64,000 bases of DNA, taken from Eledone cirrhosa. Taxonomy: Eukaryota. Made by a program: the position numbers and the translations under genes. Positions 48,301 through 60,300 of the stretch are shown piece by piece. The notes beneath the pieces were generated by a model, which was not told the origin of the DNA, did no database searches, and was given only the letters and a program-made list of their open reading frames with translations. The stretch's first letter is position 1. Each line of letters starts with the position of its first letter. The stretch covers positions 128,898,001 to 128,962,000 of the forward strand of contig OZ024744.1 of assembly GCA_964016885.1 (NCBI GenBank), given 5' to 3'.

Positions 48301-51300
48301 GGGTTCAGTTAAGTTGGGGTTAAATTAAGTTGGGGTTAAGTTAAGTTGGGGTTAAATTAAGTTGGGGTTAAGTTAAGTTGGGGTTAAGTTAAGTTGGGGT
48401 TAAGTTAATTTGGGGTTAAGTGAAGTTAGGGTTAAGTTAAGTTGGGGTTGAGTTAAGTTGGGGGTAACTTAAGTTGGGGTTATGTTAAGTTGGGGTTACG
48501 TTAAGTTGGGTTTAAGTTAAGTTGGGGTTAAGTTAAGTTGGGGTTAAGTTAAGTTGGGGTTAATTTAAGTTGGGGTTAAGTTAAGTTGGGATTAATTTAA
48601 GTTGGGGTTAAGTTAAGTTGGGGTTAAGTTAAGTTGGGGTTAAATTAAGTTGGGGTTAAGTTAAGTTGGGGTTAAGTTAAGTTGGGGTTAAGTTAATTTG
48701 GGGTTAAGTTAAGTTAGGGTAAAGTTAAGTTGGGGTTGAGTTAAGTTGGGGTAAGTTAAGTTGGGGTTAAGTTAAGTTGGGGTTAAGTTAAGTTGGGGTT
48801 AAGTTAAGTTAGGCTTAACTTAAGTTGGGGTTAAGTTAAGTTGGGGGTGAGTTAAGTTGGGGGTAAGTTAAGTTGGGGTTAAGTTAAGTTGGGGTTAAGT
48901 TGGGGTTAAGTTAAGTTAGGGTTAAGTTAATTTGGGGTTGAGTTAAGTTGGGGTTAAGTTAAGTGGTGGTTATGTTAAGTTGGGGTTAAGTTAAGTTGGG
49001 GTTAATTTAAATTGGGGTTAATTTAAATTTGTTGTTAAGTTAAGTTGGGGTTAATTTAAGTTGGGGTTAAGTTAAGTTGGGGTTGAGTTAAGTTGGGGTT
49101 AATTTAAGTTGGGGCTAAGTTAATTTGGGGTTAAGTTAAGTTGGGGTTAAATTAAGTTGGGGTTAAGTTAATTGGGGTTAAGTTAAGTTGGGGTTAAGTT
49201 AATTTGGGGTTAAGTGAAGTTAGGGTTAAGTTAAGTTGGGGCTGAGTTAAGTTGGGGGTAAGTTAAGTTGGGGTTATGTTAAGTTGGGGTTAAGTTAAGT
49301 TGGGGTTAAGTTAAGTTGGGGTTCAGTTAAGTTGCCGTTAAGTTAAGTTGGGGTTAAGTTAAGTTGGGGTTAAGTTAAGTTGGGGTTAATTTAAGTTGGG
49401 GTTAAGTTAAGTTGGGGTTAAGTTAATTTGTGGTTAAGTTAAGTTGGGGTTAAGTTAAGTTGGGGTTAAATTCAGTCGGGGTTAAGTTAAGTCGGGGTTA
49501 AGTTACGTTGGGGTTAAGTTAAGTTGGGGTTAAGTTAAGTTGGGGTTGAGTTAAGTTGGGGTTAAGTTAAGTTGGGGTTAAGTTAAGTTGGGGTTAAGTT
49601 AAGTTGGGGTTAAGTTAAGTTGGGGTCAAGTTAAGTTGGGGTTAATTTAAGTTGGGGTTAATTTAAGTTGGGGTTAAGTTAAGTTGGGGTTAAGTTAAGT
49701 TGGGGTAACGTTAAGTTGGGGGTAAGTTAAGTTGGGGTTAAGTTAAGTTGGGGTTAAGTTGGGGTTAAGTTAAGTTAGGGTTAACTTAAGTTGGGGTTGT
49801 GTTAAGTGGTGGTTATGTTAAGTGGTGGTTATGTTAAGTTGGGGTTAAGTTAAGTTGGGGTTAAGTTAAGTTGGGGTTAAGTTAAGTTGGGGTTAAGTTA
49901 ATTAGGGTTAAGTTAAGTTGGGTTTAAGTTAAGTTGGGGTTAAGTTAATTTGTGGTTAAGTTAAGTTGGGGTTAAGTTAAGTTGGGGTTAAGTTAAGTTG
50001 GGGATAAGTTAAGTTGGGGATAAGTTAAGTTGGGGTTAATTAAGTTGGGTTTAAGTTAAGTTGGGGTTAAGTTAAGTCGGGGTTAAGTTAAGTTGGGGTT
50101 AAGTTAAGTTGGGGGTAAGATAAGTTGGGGTTAGTTAAGTTGCGGTTAAGTTAAGTTGGGGTTAAGTTAAGTTGGGGTTAAGTTAAGTTGGGGTTAAGTT
50201 AAGTTGGGGTTAATTTAAGTTGGGGTTAATTTAAGTTGGGGTAAAGTTAAGTTGGGGGTAAGTTAAGTTGGGGTTAAGTTAAGTTGGGGTTAAGTTGGGG
50301 TTAAGTTAAGTTAGGGTTAACTTAAGTTGGGGTTGTGTTAAGTGGTGGTTATGTTAAGTGGTGGTTATGTTAAGTTGGGGTTAAGTTAAGTTGGGGTTAA
50401 GTTAAATTGGGGTTAAGTTAAGTTGCGGTTAAGTTAAGTTGGGGTTAAGTTAAGTTGGGGTTAAGTTAATTAGGGTTAAGTTAAATTGGGGTTAAGTTAA
50501 GTTGGGGTTAAGTTAAGTTGGGGTTAAGTTAATTTGTGGTTAAGTTAAGTTGGGGTTAAGTTAAGTTGGGGTTAAGTTAAGTTGGGGTTAAGTTAAGTTG
50601 GTTAGTTAAGTTGAGTTTAAGTTAAGTTGGGGTTAATTTAAGTTGGGGTTAAGTTAAGTTGGGGTTAAGTTAATTTGGGGTTAAGTTAAGTTGGGGTTCA
50701 GTTAAGTTGGGGTTAAGTTAAGTTGGGGTTAAGTTGGGGTAAAATTAAGTTGGGGTTAAGTTAAGTTGCGGTTAAGTTAAAATGAGGTTAAGTTAAGTTG
50801 GGGTTAAGTTAAGTTGGGGTTAAGTTAAGTTGGGGCTAAGTTAAGTTGGGGCTAAGTTAAGTTGGGGCTAAGTTAAGTTGGGATTAAGTTAACTTTGGGT
50901 TAAGTTAAGTTGGGTTTGAGTTAAGTTGGGGTTAATTAAGTTGGGGTTAAGTTAAGTTGGGGTTAAGTTAAGTTGGGGTTAAGTTAAGTTGGGGTTAAGT
51001 TAAGTTGATGTTAAGTTAAGTTGGGGTTAATTTAAGTTGGGGTTAAGTTAAGTTGGGGCTAAGTTAAGTTGGGGTTAAGTTAATTAGGGTTAAGTTAAGT
51101 TGGGGTTAAGTTAAGTTGGGGTTAAGTTAAGTTGGGGTTAAGTTAATTTGTGGTTAAGTTAAGTTGGGGTTAAGTTAAGTTGGGGTTAAGTTAAGTTGGG
51201 GATAAGTTAAGTTTAGGATAAGTTAAGTTGGGGTTAATTAAGTTGGGTTTAAGTTAAGTTGGGGTTAAGTTAAGTTGGGGTTAAGTTAAGTTGGGGTTAA

Positions 51301-54300
51301 GTTAAGTTGGTTAGTTAAGTTGAGTTTAAGTTAAGTTGGGGTTAATTTAAGTTGGGGTTAAGTTAAGTTGGGGTTAAGTTAATTTGGGGTTAAGTTAAGT
51401 TGGGGTTCAGTTAAGTTGGGGTTAAGTTAAGTTGGGGTTAAGTTGGGGTAAAATTAAGTTGGGGTTAAGTTAAGTTGCGGTTAAGTTAAAATGAGGTTAA
51501 GTTAAGTTGGGGTTGAGTTAAGTTGGGGTTAAGTTAAGTTGGGGCTAAGTTAAGTTGGGGCTAAGTTAAGTTGGGGCTAAGTTAAGTTGGGGTTAAGTTA
51601 ACTTTGGGTTAAGTTAAGTTGGGTTTGAGTTAAGTTGGGGTTAATTAAGTTGGGGTTAAGTTAAGTTGGGGTTAAGTTAAGTTGGGGTTAAGTTAAGTTG
51701 GGGTTAAGTTAAGTTGATGTTAAGTTAAGTTGGGGTTAATTTAAGTTGGGGTTAAGTTAAGTTGGGGCTAAGTTAAGTTGGAGCTAAGTTAAGTTGGGTT
51801 TGAGTTAAGTTGGGGTTAATTAAGTTGGGGTTAAGTTAAGTTGGGGTTAAGTTAAGTTGGGGTTAAGTTAAGTTGGGGTTAAGTTAAGTTGATGTTAAGT
51901 TAAGTTGGGGTTAATTTAAGTTGGGGTTAAGTTAAGTTGGGGCTAAGTTAAGTTGGAGCTAAGTTAAGTTGGGGCTAAGTTAAGTTGGGGTTAAGTTAAG
52001 TTGGGGTTAAGTTAAGGTGGGGTTAAGTTAAGTTGGGGTCAACTTAAGTTGGGGTTAAGTTAAGTTGGGGTTAACTTAAGTTGGGGTTAAGTTAAGTTGG
52101 GGTTAAGTTAAGTTGGGGTTAAGTTGGGGTTACGTTAAGTTGGGGGTAAGTTAAGTTGGTGGTAAGTTAAGTTGGGGGTAAGTTAAGATGGGGTTAAGTT
52201 AGGGTTAAGTTAAGTTAGGGTTAAGTTAAGTTGGGGGTAAGATAAGTTGGGGTTAGTTAAGTTGGGGTTAAGTAAAGTTGGGGTTCAGTTAAGTTGGGGT
52301 TAAGTTAAGTTAGGCTTAACTTAAGTTGGGGTTAAGTTAAGTTGGGGGTGAGTTAAGTTGGGGGTAAGTTAAGTTGGGGTTAAGTTAAGTTGGGGTTAAG
52401 TTGGGGTTAAGTTAATTTAGGGTTAAGTTAAGTTGGGGTTGAGTTAAGTTGGGGTTAAGTTAAGTGGTGGTTATGTTAAGTTGGGGTTAAGTTAAGTTGG
52501 GGTTAATTTAAATTGGGGTTAATTTAACTTTGTGGTTAAGTTAATTTGTGGTTAATTTAAGTTGGGGTTAAGTTAAGTTGGGGTTAATTTAATTTGTGGT
52601 TAAGTTAAGTTGGGGTTAAGTTAAGTTGGCGTTGAGTTAAGCTGGGGTTAAGTTAAGTTGGGGTTAAAATAAGTTGGGGTTAAGTTAAGTTGGGGTTGGG
52701 TTAAGTTGGGGTTGAGTTAATTTGGGGTTAAGTTAAGTTGGGGTTAACTTAAGTTGGTTTTAATTTAAGTTGGGGTTAAGTTAAGTTGGGGTTATAATTA
52801 AGTTGGGGTTAAGTTAAGTTGGGGGTAAGATAAGTTGGGGTTAGTTAAGTTGCGGTTAAGTTAAGTTGGGGTTAAGTTAAGTTGGGGTTAAGTTAAGTTG
52901 GGGTTAAGTTAAGTTGGGGTTAATTTAAGTTGGGGTTAATTTAAGTTGGGGTAAAGTTAAGTTGGGGGTAAGTTAAGTTGGGGTTAAGTTAAGTTGGGGT
53001 TAAGTTGGGGTTAAGTTAAGTTAGGGTTAACTTAAGTTGGGGTTGTGTTAAGTGGTGGTTATGTTAAGTGGTGGTTATGTTAAGTTGGGGTTAAGTTAAG
53101 TTGGGGTTAAGTTAAATTGGGGTTAAGTTAAGTTGCGGTTAAGTTAAGTTGGGGTTAAGTTAAGTTGGGGTTAAGTTAATTAGGGTTAAGTTAAGTTGGG
53201 GTTAAGTTAAGTTGGGGTTAAGTTAAGTTGGGGTTAAGTTAATTTGTGGTTAAGTTAAGTTGGGGTTAAGTTAAGTTGGGGTTAAGTTAAGTTGGGGATA
53301 AGTTAAGTTGAGGATAAGTTAAGTTGGGGTTAATTAAGTTGGGTTTAAGTTAAGTTGGGGTTAAGTTAAGTTGGAGTTAAGTTAAGTTGGGGTTAAGTTA
53401 AGTTGGTTAGTTAAGTTGAGTTTAAGTTAAGTTGGGGTTAATTTAAGTTGGGGTTAAGTTAAGTTGGGGTTAAGTTAATTTGGGGTTAAGTTAAGTTGGG
53501 GTTCAGTTAAGTTGGGGTTCAGTTAAGTTGGGGTTAAGTTGGGGTAAAATTAAGTTGGGGTTAAGTTAAGTTGCGGTTAAGTTAAAATGAGGTTAAGTTA
53601 AGTTGGGGTTAAGTTAAGTTGGGGTTAAGTTAAGTTGGGGCTAAGTTAAGTTGGGGCTAAGTTAAGTTGGGGCTAAGTTAAGTTGGGATTAAGTTAACTT
53701 TGGGTTAAGTTAAGTTGGGTTTGAGTTAAGTTGGGGTTAATTAAGTTGGGGTTAAGTTAAGTTGGGGTTAAGTTAAGTTGGGGTTAAGTTAAGTTGGGGT
53801 TAAGTTAAGTTGATGTTAAGTTAAGTTGGGGTTAATTTAAGTTGGGGTTAAGTTAAGTTGGGGCTAAGTTAAGTTGGGGTTAAGTTAATTAGGGTTAAGT
53901 TAAGTTGGGGTTAAGTTAATTTGTGGTTAAGTTAAGTTGGGGTTAAGTTAAGTTGGGGTTAAGTTAAGTTGGGGATAAGTTAAGTTGAGGATAAGTTAAG
54001 TTGATGTTAAGTTAAGTTGGGGTTAATTTAAGTTGGGGTTAAGTTAAGTTGGGGCTAAGTTAAGTTGGAGCTAAGTTAAGTTGGGGCTAAGTTAAGTTGG
54101 GGTTAAGTTAAGTTGGGGTTAAGTTAAGGTGGGGTTAAGTTAAGTTGGGGTCAACTTAAGTTGGGGTTAAGTTAAGTTGGGGTTAACTTAAGTTGGGGTT
54201 ACGTTAAGTTGGGGGTAAGTTAAGTTGGTGGTAAGTTAAGTTGGGGGTAAGTTAAGATGGGGTTAAGTTAGGGTTAAGTTAAGTTAGGGTTAAGTTAATT

Positions 54301-57300
54301 TGGGGTTGAGTTAAGTTGGGGTTAAGTTAAGTGGTGGTTATGTTAAGTTGGGGTTAAGTTAAGTTGGGGTTAATTTAAATTGGGGTTAATTTAAATTTGT
54401 TGTTAAGTTAAGTTGGGGTTAATTTAAGTTGGGGTTAAGTTAAGTTGGGGTTGAGTTAAGTTGGGGTTGAGTGAAGTTGGGGTTAAGTTAAGTTGGGGTT
54501 AAGTTAAGTTGGGGTTGAGTTAAGTTGGGGTTAATTTAAGTTGGGGCTAAGTTCATTTGGGGTTCAGTTAAGTTGGGGTTAAATTAAGTTGGGGTTAAGT
54601 TAAGTTGGGGTTAAATTAAGTTGGGGTTAAGTTAAGTTGGGGTTAAGTTAAGTTGGGGTTAAGTTAATTTGGGGTTAAGTGAAGTTAGGGTTAAGTTAAG
54701 TTGGGGTTGAGTTAAGTTGGGGGTAAGTTAAGTTGGGGTTATGTTAAGTTGGGGTTACGTTAAGTTGGGTTTAAGTTAAGTTGGGGTTAAGTTAAGTTGG
54801 GGTTAAGTTAAGTTGGGGTTAATTTAAGTTGGGGTTAAGTTAAGTTGGGATTAATATAAGTTGGGGTTAAGTTAAGTTGGGGTTAAGTTAAGTTGGGGTT
54901 AAATTAAGTTGGGGTTAAGTTAAGTTGGGGTTAAGTTAAGTTGGGGTTAAGTTAATTTGGGGTTAAGTTAAGTTAGGGTAAAGTTAAGTTGGGGTTGAGT
55001 TAAGTTGGGGTAAGTTAAGTTGGGGTTAAGTTAAGTTGGGGTTAAGTTAAGTTGGGGTTAAGTTAAGTTAGGCTTAACTTAAGTTGGGGTTAAGTTAAGT
55101 TGGGGGTGAGTTAAGTTGGGGGTAAGTTAAGTTGGGGTTAAGTTAAGTTGGGGTTAAGTTGGGGTTAAGTTAAGTTAGGGTTAAGTTAATTTGGGGTTGA
55201 GTTAAGTTGGGGTTAAGTTAAGTGGTGGTTATGTTAAGTTGGGGTTAAGTTAAGTTGGGGTTAATTTAAATTGGGGTTAATTTAAATTTGTTGTTAAGTT
55301 AAGTTGGGGTTAATTTAAGTTGGGGTTAAGTTAAGTTGGGGTTGAGTTAAGTTGTGGTTGAGTGAAGTTGGGGTTAAGTTAAGTTGGGGTTAAATTAAGT
55401 TGGGGTTAAGTTAAGTTTGGGTTGAGTTAAGTTGGGGTTAATTTAAGTTGGGGCTAAGTTAATTTGGGGTTAAGTTAAGTTGGGGTTAAATTAAGTTGGG
55501 GTTAAGTTAAGTTGGGGTTAAGTTAAGTTGGGGTTAAGTTAATTTGGGGTTAAGTGAAGTTAGGGTTAAGTTAAGTTGGGGCTGAGTTAAGTTGGGGGTA
55601 AGTTAAGTTGGGGTTATGTTAAGTTGGGGTTAAGTTAAGTTGGGGTTAAGTTAAGTTGGGGTTCAGTTAAGTTGCGGTTAAGTTAAGTTGGGGTTAAGTT
55701 AAGTTGGGGTTAAGTTAAGTTGGGGTTAATTTAAGTTGGGGTTAAGTTAAGTTGGGGTTAAGTTAATTTGTGGTTAAGTTAAGTTGGGGTTAAGTTAAGT
55801 TGGGGTTAAATTCAGTCGGGGTTAAGTTAAGTCGGGGTTAAGTTACGTTGGGGTTAAGTTAAGTTGGGGTTAAGTTAAGTTGGGGTTGAGTTAAGTTGGG
55901 GTTAAGTTAAGTTGGGGTTAAGTTAAGTTGGGGTTAAGTTAAGTTGGGGTTAAGTTAAGTTGGGGTTAATTTAAGTTGGGGTTAAGTTAAGTTGGGGTTA
56001 ATTTAAGTTGGGGTTAAGTTAAGTTGGGGTTAAGTTAAGTTGGGGTAACGTTAAGTTGGGGGTAAGTTAAGTTGGGGTTAAGTTAAGTTGGGGTTAAGTT
56101 GGGGTTAAGTTAAGTTAGGGTTAACTTAAGTTGGGGTTGTGTTAAGTGGTGGTTATGTTAAGTGGTGGTTATGTTAAGTTGGGGTTAAGTTAAGTTGGGG
56201 TTAAGTTAAGTTGGGGTTAAGTTAAGTTGGGGTTAAGTTAATTTGGGTTAAGTTAAGTTGGGTTTAAGTTAAGTTGGGGTTAAGTTAATTTGTGGTTAAG
56301 TTAAGTTGGGGTTAAGTTAAGTTGGGGTTAAGTTAAGTTGGGGATAAGTTAAGTTGGGGATAAGTTAAGTTGGGGTTAATTAAGTTGGGTTTAAGTTAAG
56401 TTGGGGTTAAGTTAAGTCGGGGTTAAGTTAAGTTGGGGTTAAGTTAAGTTGGGGGTAAGATAAGTTGGGGTTAGTTAAGTTGCGGTTAAGTTAAGTTGGG
56501 GCTAAGTTAAGTTGGGGTTAAGTTAAGTTGGGGTTAAGTTAAGTTGGGGTTAATTTAAGTTGGGGTTAATTTAAGTTGGGGTAAAGTTAAGTTGGGGGTA
56601 AGTTAAGTTGGGGTTAAGTTAAGTTGGGGTTAAGTTGGGGTTAAGTTAAGTTAGGTTTAACTTAAGTTGGGGTTGTGTTAAGTGGTGGTTATGTTAAGTG
56701 GTGGTTATGTTAAGTTGGGGTTAAGTTAAGTTGGGGTTAAGTTAAATTGGGGTTAAGTTAAGTTGCGGTTAAGTTAAGTTGGGGTTAAGTTAAGTTGGGG
56801 TTAAGTTAATTAGGGTTAAGTTAAGTTGGGGTTAAGTTAAGTTGGGGTTAAGTTAAGTTGGGGTTAAGTTAATTTGTGGTTAAGTTAAGTTGGGGTTAAG
56901 TTAAGTTGGGGTTAAGTTAAGTTGGGGATAAGTTAAGTTGAGGATAAGTTAAGTTGGGGTTAATTAAGTTGGGTTTAAGTTAAGTTGGGGTTAAGTTAAG
57001 TTGGGGTTAAGTTAAGTTGGGGTTAAGTTAAGTTGGTTAGTTAAGTTGAGTTTAAGTTAAGTTGGGGTTAATTTAAGTTGGGGTTAAGTTAAGTTGGGGT
57101 TAAGTTAATTTGGGGTTAAGTTAAGTTGGGGTTCAGTTAAGTTGGGGTTCAGTTAAGTTGGGGTTAAGTTGGGGTAAAATTAAGTTGGGGTTAAGTTAAG
57201 TTGCGGTTAAGTTAAAATGAGGTTAAGTTAAGTTGGGGTTAAGTTAAGTTGGGGTTAAGTTAAGTTGGGGCTAAGTTAAGTTGGGGCTAAGTTAAGTTGG

Positions 57301-60300
57301 GGCTAAGTTAAGTTGGGATTAAGTTAACTTTGGGTTAAGTTAAGTTGGGTTTGAGTTAAGTTGGGGTTAAATAAGTTGGGGTTAAGTTAAGTTAGGGTTA
57401 AGTTAAGTTGGGGTTAAGTTAAGTTGGGGTTAAGTTAAGTTGATGTTAAGTTAAGTTGGGGTTAATTTAAGTTGGGGTTAAGTTAAGTTGGGGCTAAGTT
57501 AAGTTGGGGTTAAGTTAATTAGGGTTAAGTTAAGTTGGGGTTAAGTTAAGTTGGGGTTAAGTTAAGTTGGGGTTAAGTTAATTTGTGGTTAAGTTAAGTT
57601 GGGGTTAAGTTAAGTTGGGGTTAAGTTAAGTTGGGGATAAGTTAAGTTGAGGATAAGTTAAGTTGGGGTTAATTAAGTTGGGTTTAAGTTAAGTTGGGGT
57701 TAAGTTAAGTTGGGGTTAAGTTAAGTTGGGGTTAAGTTAAGTTGGTTAGTTAAGTTGAGTTTAAGTTAAGTTGGGGTTAATTTAAGTTGGGGTTAAGTTA
57801 AGTTGGGGTTAAGTTAATTTGGGGTTAAGTTAAGTTGGGGTTCAGTTAAGTTGGGGTTAAGTTAAGTTGGGGTTAAGTTGGGGTAAAATTAAGTTGGGGT
57901 TAAGTTAAGTTGCGGTTAAGTTAAAATGAGGTTAAGTTAAGTTGGGGTTAAGTTAAGTTGGGGTTAAGTTAAGTTGGGGCTAAGTTAAGTTGGGGCTAAG
58001 TTAAGTTGGGGCTAAGTTAAGTTGGGGTTAAGTTAACTTTGGGTTAAGTTAAGTTGGGTTTGAGTTAAGTTGGGGTTAATTAAGTTGGGGTTAAGTTAAG
58101 TTGGGGTTAAGTTAAGTTGGGGTTAAGTTAAGTTGATGTTAAGTTAAGTTGGGGTTAATTTAAGTTGGGGTTAAGTTAAGTTGGGGCTAAGTTAAGTTGG
58201 AGCTAAGTTAAGTTGGGGCTAAGTTAAGTTGGGGTTAAGTTAAGTTGGGGTTAAGTTAAGGTGGGGTTAAGTTAAGTTGGGGTCAACTTAAGTTGGGGTT
58301 AAGTTAAGTTGGGGTTAACTTAAGTTGGGGTTAAGTTAAGTTGGGGTTAAGTTAAGTTGGGGTTACGTTAAGTTGGGGGTAAGTTAAGTTGGTGGTAAGT
58401 TAAGTTGGGGGTAAGTTAAGATGGGGTTAAGTTAGGGTTAAGTTAAGTTAGGGTTAAGTTAATTTGGGGTTGAGTTAAGTTGGGGTTAAGTTAAGTGGTG
58501 GTTATGTTAAGTTGGGGTTAAGTTAAGTTGGGGTTAATTTAAATTGGGGTTAATTTAAATTTGTTGTTAAGTTAAGTTGGGGTTAATTTAAGTTGGGGTT
58601 AAGTTAAGTTGGGGTTGAGTTAAGTTGGGGTTGAGTGAAGTTGGGGTTAAGTTAAGTTGGGGTTAAGTTAAGTTGGGGTTGAGTTAAGTTGGGGTTAATT
58701 TAAGTTGGGGCTAAGTTCATTTGGGGTTCAGTTAAGTTGGGGTTAAATTAAGTTGGGGTTAAGTTAAGTTGGGGTTAAATTAAGTTGGGGTTAAGTTAAG
58801 TTGGGGTTAAGTTAAGTTGGGGTTAAGTTAATTTGGGGTTAAGTGAAGTTAGGGTTAAGTTAAGTTGGGGTTGAGTTAAGTTGGGGGTAAGTTAAGTTGG
58901 GGTTATGTTAAGTTGGGGTTACGTTAAGTTGGGTTTAAGTTAAGTTGGGGTTAAGTTAAGTTGGGGTTAAGTTAAGTTGGGGTTAATTTAAGTTGGGGTT
59001 AAGTTAAGTTGGGATTAATTTAAGTTGGGGTTAAGTTAAGTTGGGGTTAAGTTAAGTTGGGGTTAAATTAAGTTGGGGTTAAGTTAAGTTGGGGTTAAGT
59101 TAAGTTGGGGTTAAGTTAATTTGGGGTTAAGTTAAGTTAGGGTAAAGTTAAGTTGGGGTTGAGTTAAGTTGGGGTAAGTTAAGTTGGGGTTAAGTTAAGT
59201 TGGGGTTAAGTTAAGTTGGGGTTAAGTTAAGTTAGGCTTAACTTAAGTTGGGGTTAAGTTAAGTTGGGGGTGAGTTAAGTTGGGGGTAAGTTAAGTTGGG
59301 GTTAAGTTAAGTTGGGGTTAAGTTGGGGTTAAGTTAAGTTAGGGTTAAGTTAATTTGGGGTTGAGTTAAGTTGGGGTTAAGTTAAGTGGTGGTTATGTTA
59401 AGTTGGGGTTAAGTTAAGTTGGGGTTAATTTAAATTGGGGTTAATTTAAATTTGTTGTTAAGTTAAGTTGGGGTTAATTTAAGTTGGGGTTAAGTTAAGT
59501 TGGGGTTGAGTTAAGTTGTGGTTGAGTGAAGTTGGGGTTAAGTTAAGTTGGGGTTAAATTAAGTTGGGGTTAAGTTAAGTTGGGGTTGAGTTAAGTTGGG
59601 GTTAATTTAAGTTGGGGCTAAGTTAATTTGGGGTTAAGTTAAGTTGGGGTTAAATTAAGTTGGGGTTAAGTTAAGTTGGGGTTAAGTTAAGTTGGGGTTA
59701 AGTTAATTTGGGGTTAAGTGAAGTTAGGGTTAAGTTAAGTTGGGGCTGAGTTAAGTTGGGGGTAAGTTAAGTTGGGGTTATGTTAAGTTGGGGTTAAGTT
59801 AAGTTGGGGTTAAGTTAAGTTGGGGTTCAGTTAAGTTGCCGTTAAGTTAAGTTGGGGTTAAGTTAAGTTGGGGTTAAGTTAAGTTGGGGTTAATTTAAGT
59901 TGGGGTTAAGTTAAGTTGGGGTTAAGTTAATTTGTGGTTAAGTTAAGTTGGGGTTAAGTTAAGTTGGGGTTAAATTCAGTCGGGGTTAAGTTAAGTCGGG
60001 GTTAAGTTAAGTTGGGGTTAAGTTAAGTTGGGGTTAAGTTAAGTTGGGGTTGAGTTAAGTTGGGGTTAAGTTAAGTTGGGGTTAAGTTAAGTTGGGGTTA
60101 AGTTAAGTTGGGGTTAAGTTAAGTTGGGGTTAAGTTAAGTTGGGGTTAATTTAAGTTGGGGTTAATTTAAGTTGGGGTTAAGTTAAGTTGGGGTAACGTT
60201 AAGTTGGGGTTAAGTTAAGTTGGGGTTAAGTTAAGTTGGGGTTAAGTTGGGGTTAAGTTAAGTTAGGGTTAACTTAAGTTGGGGTTGTGTTAAGTGGTGG

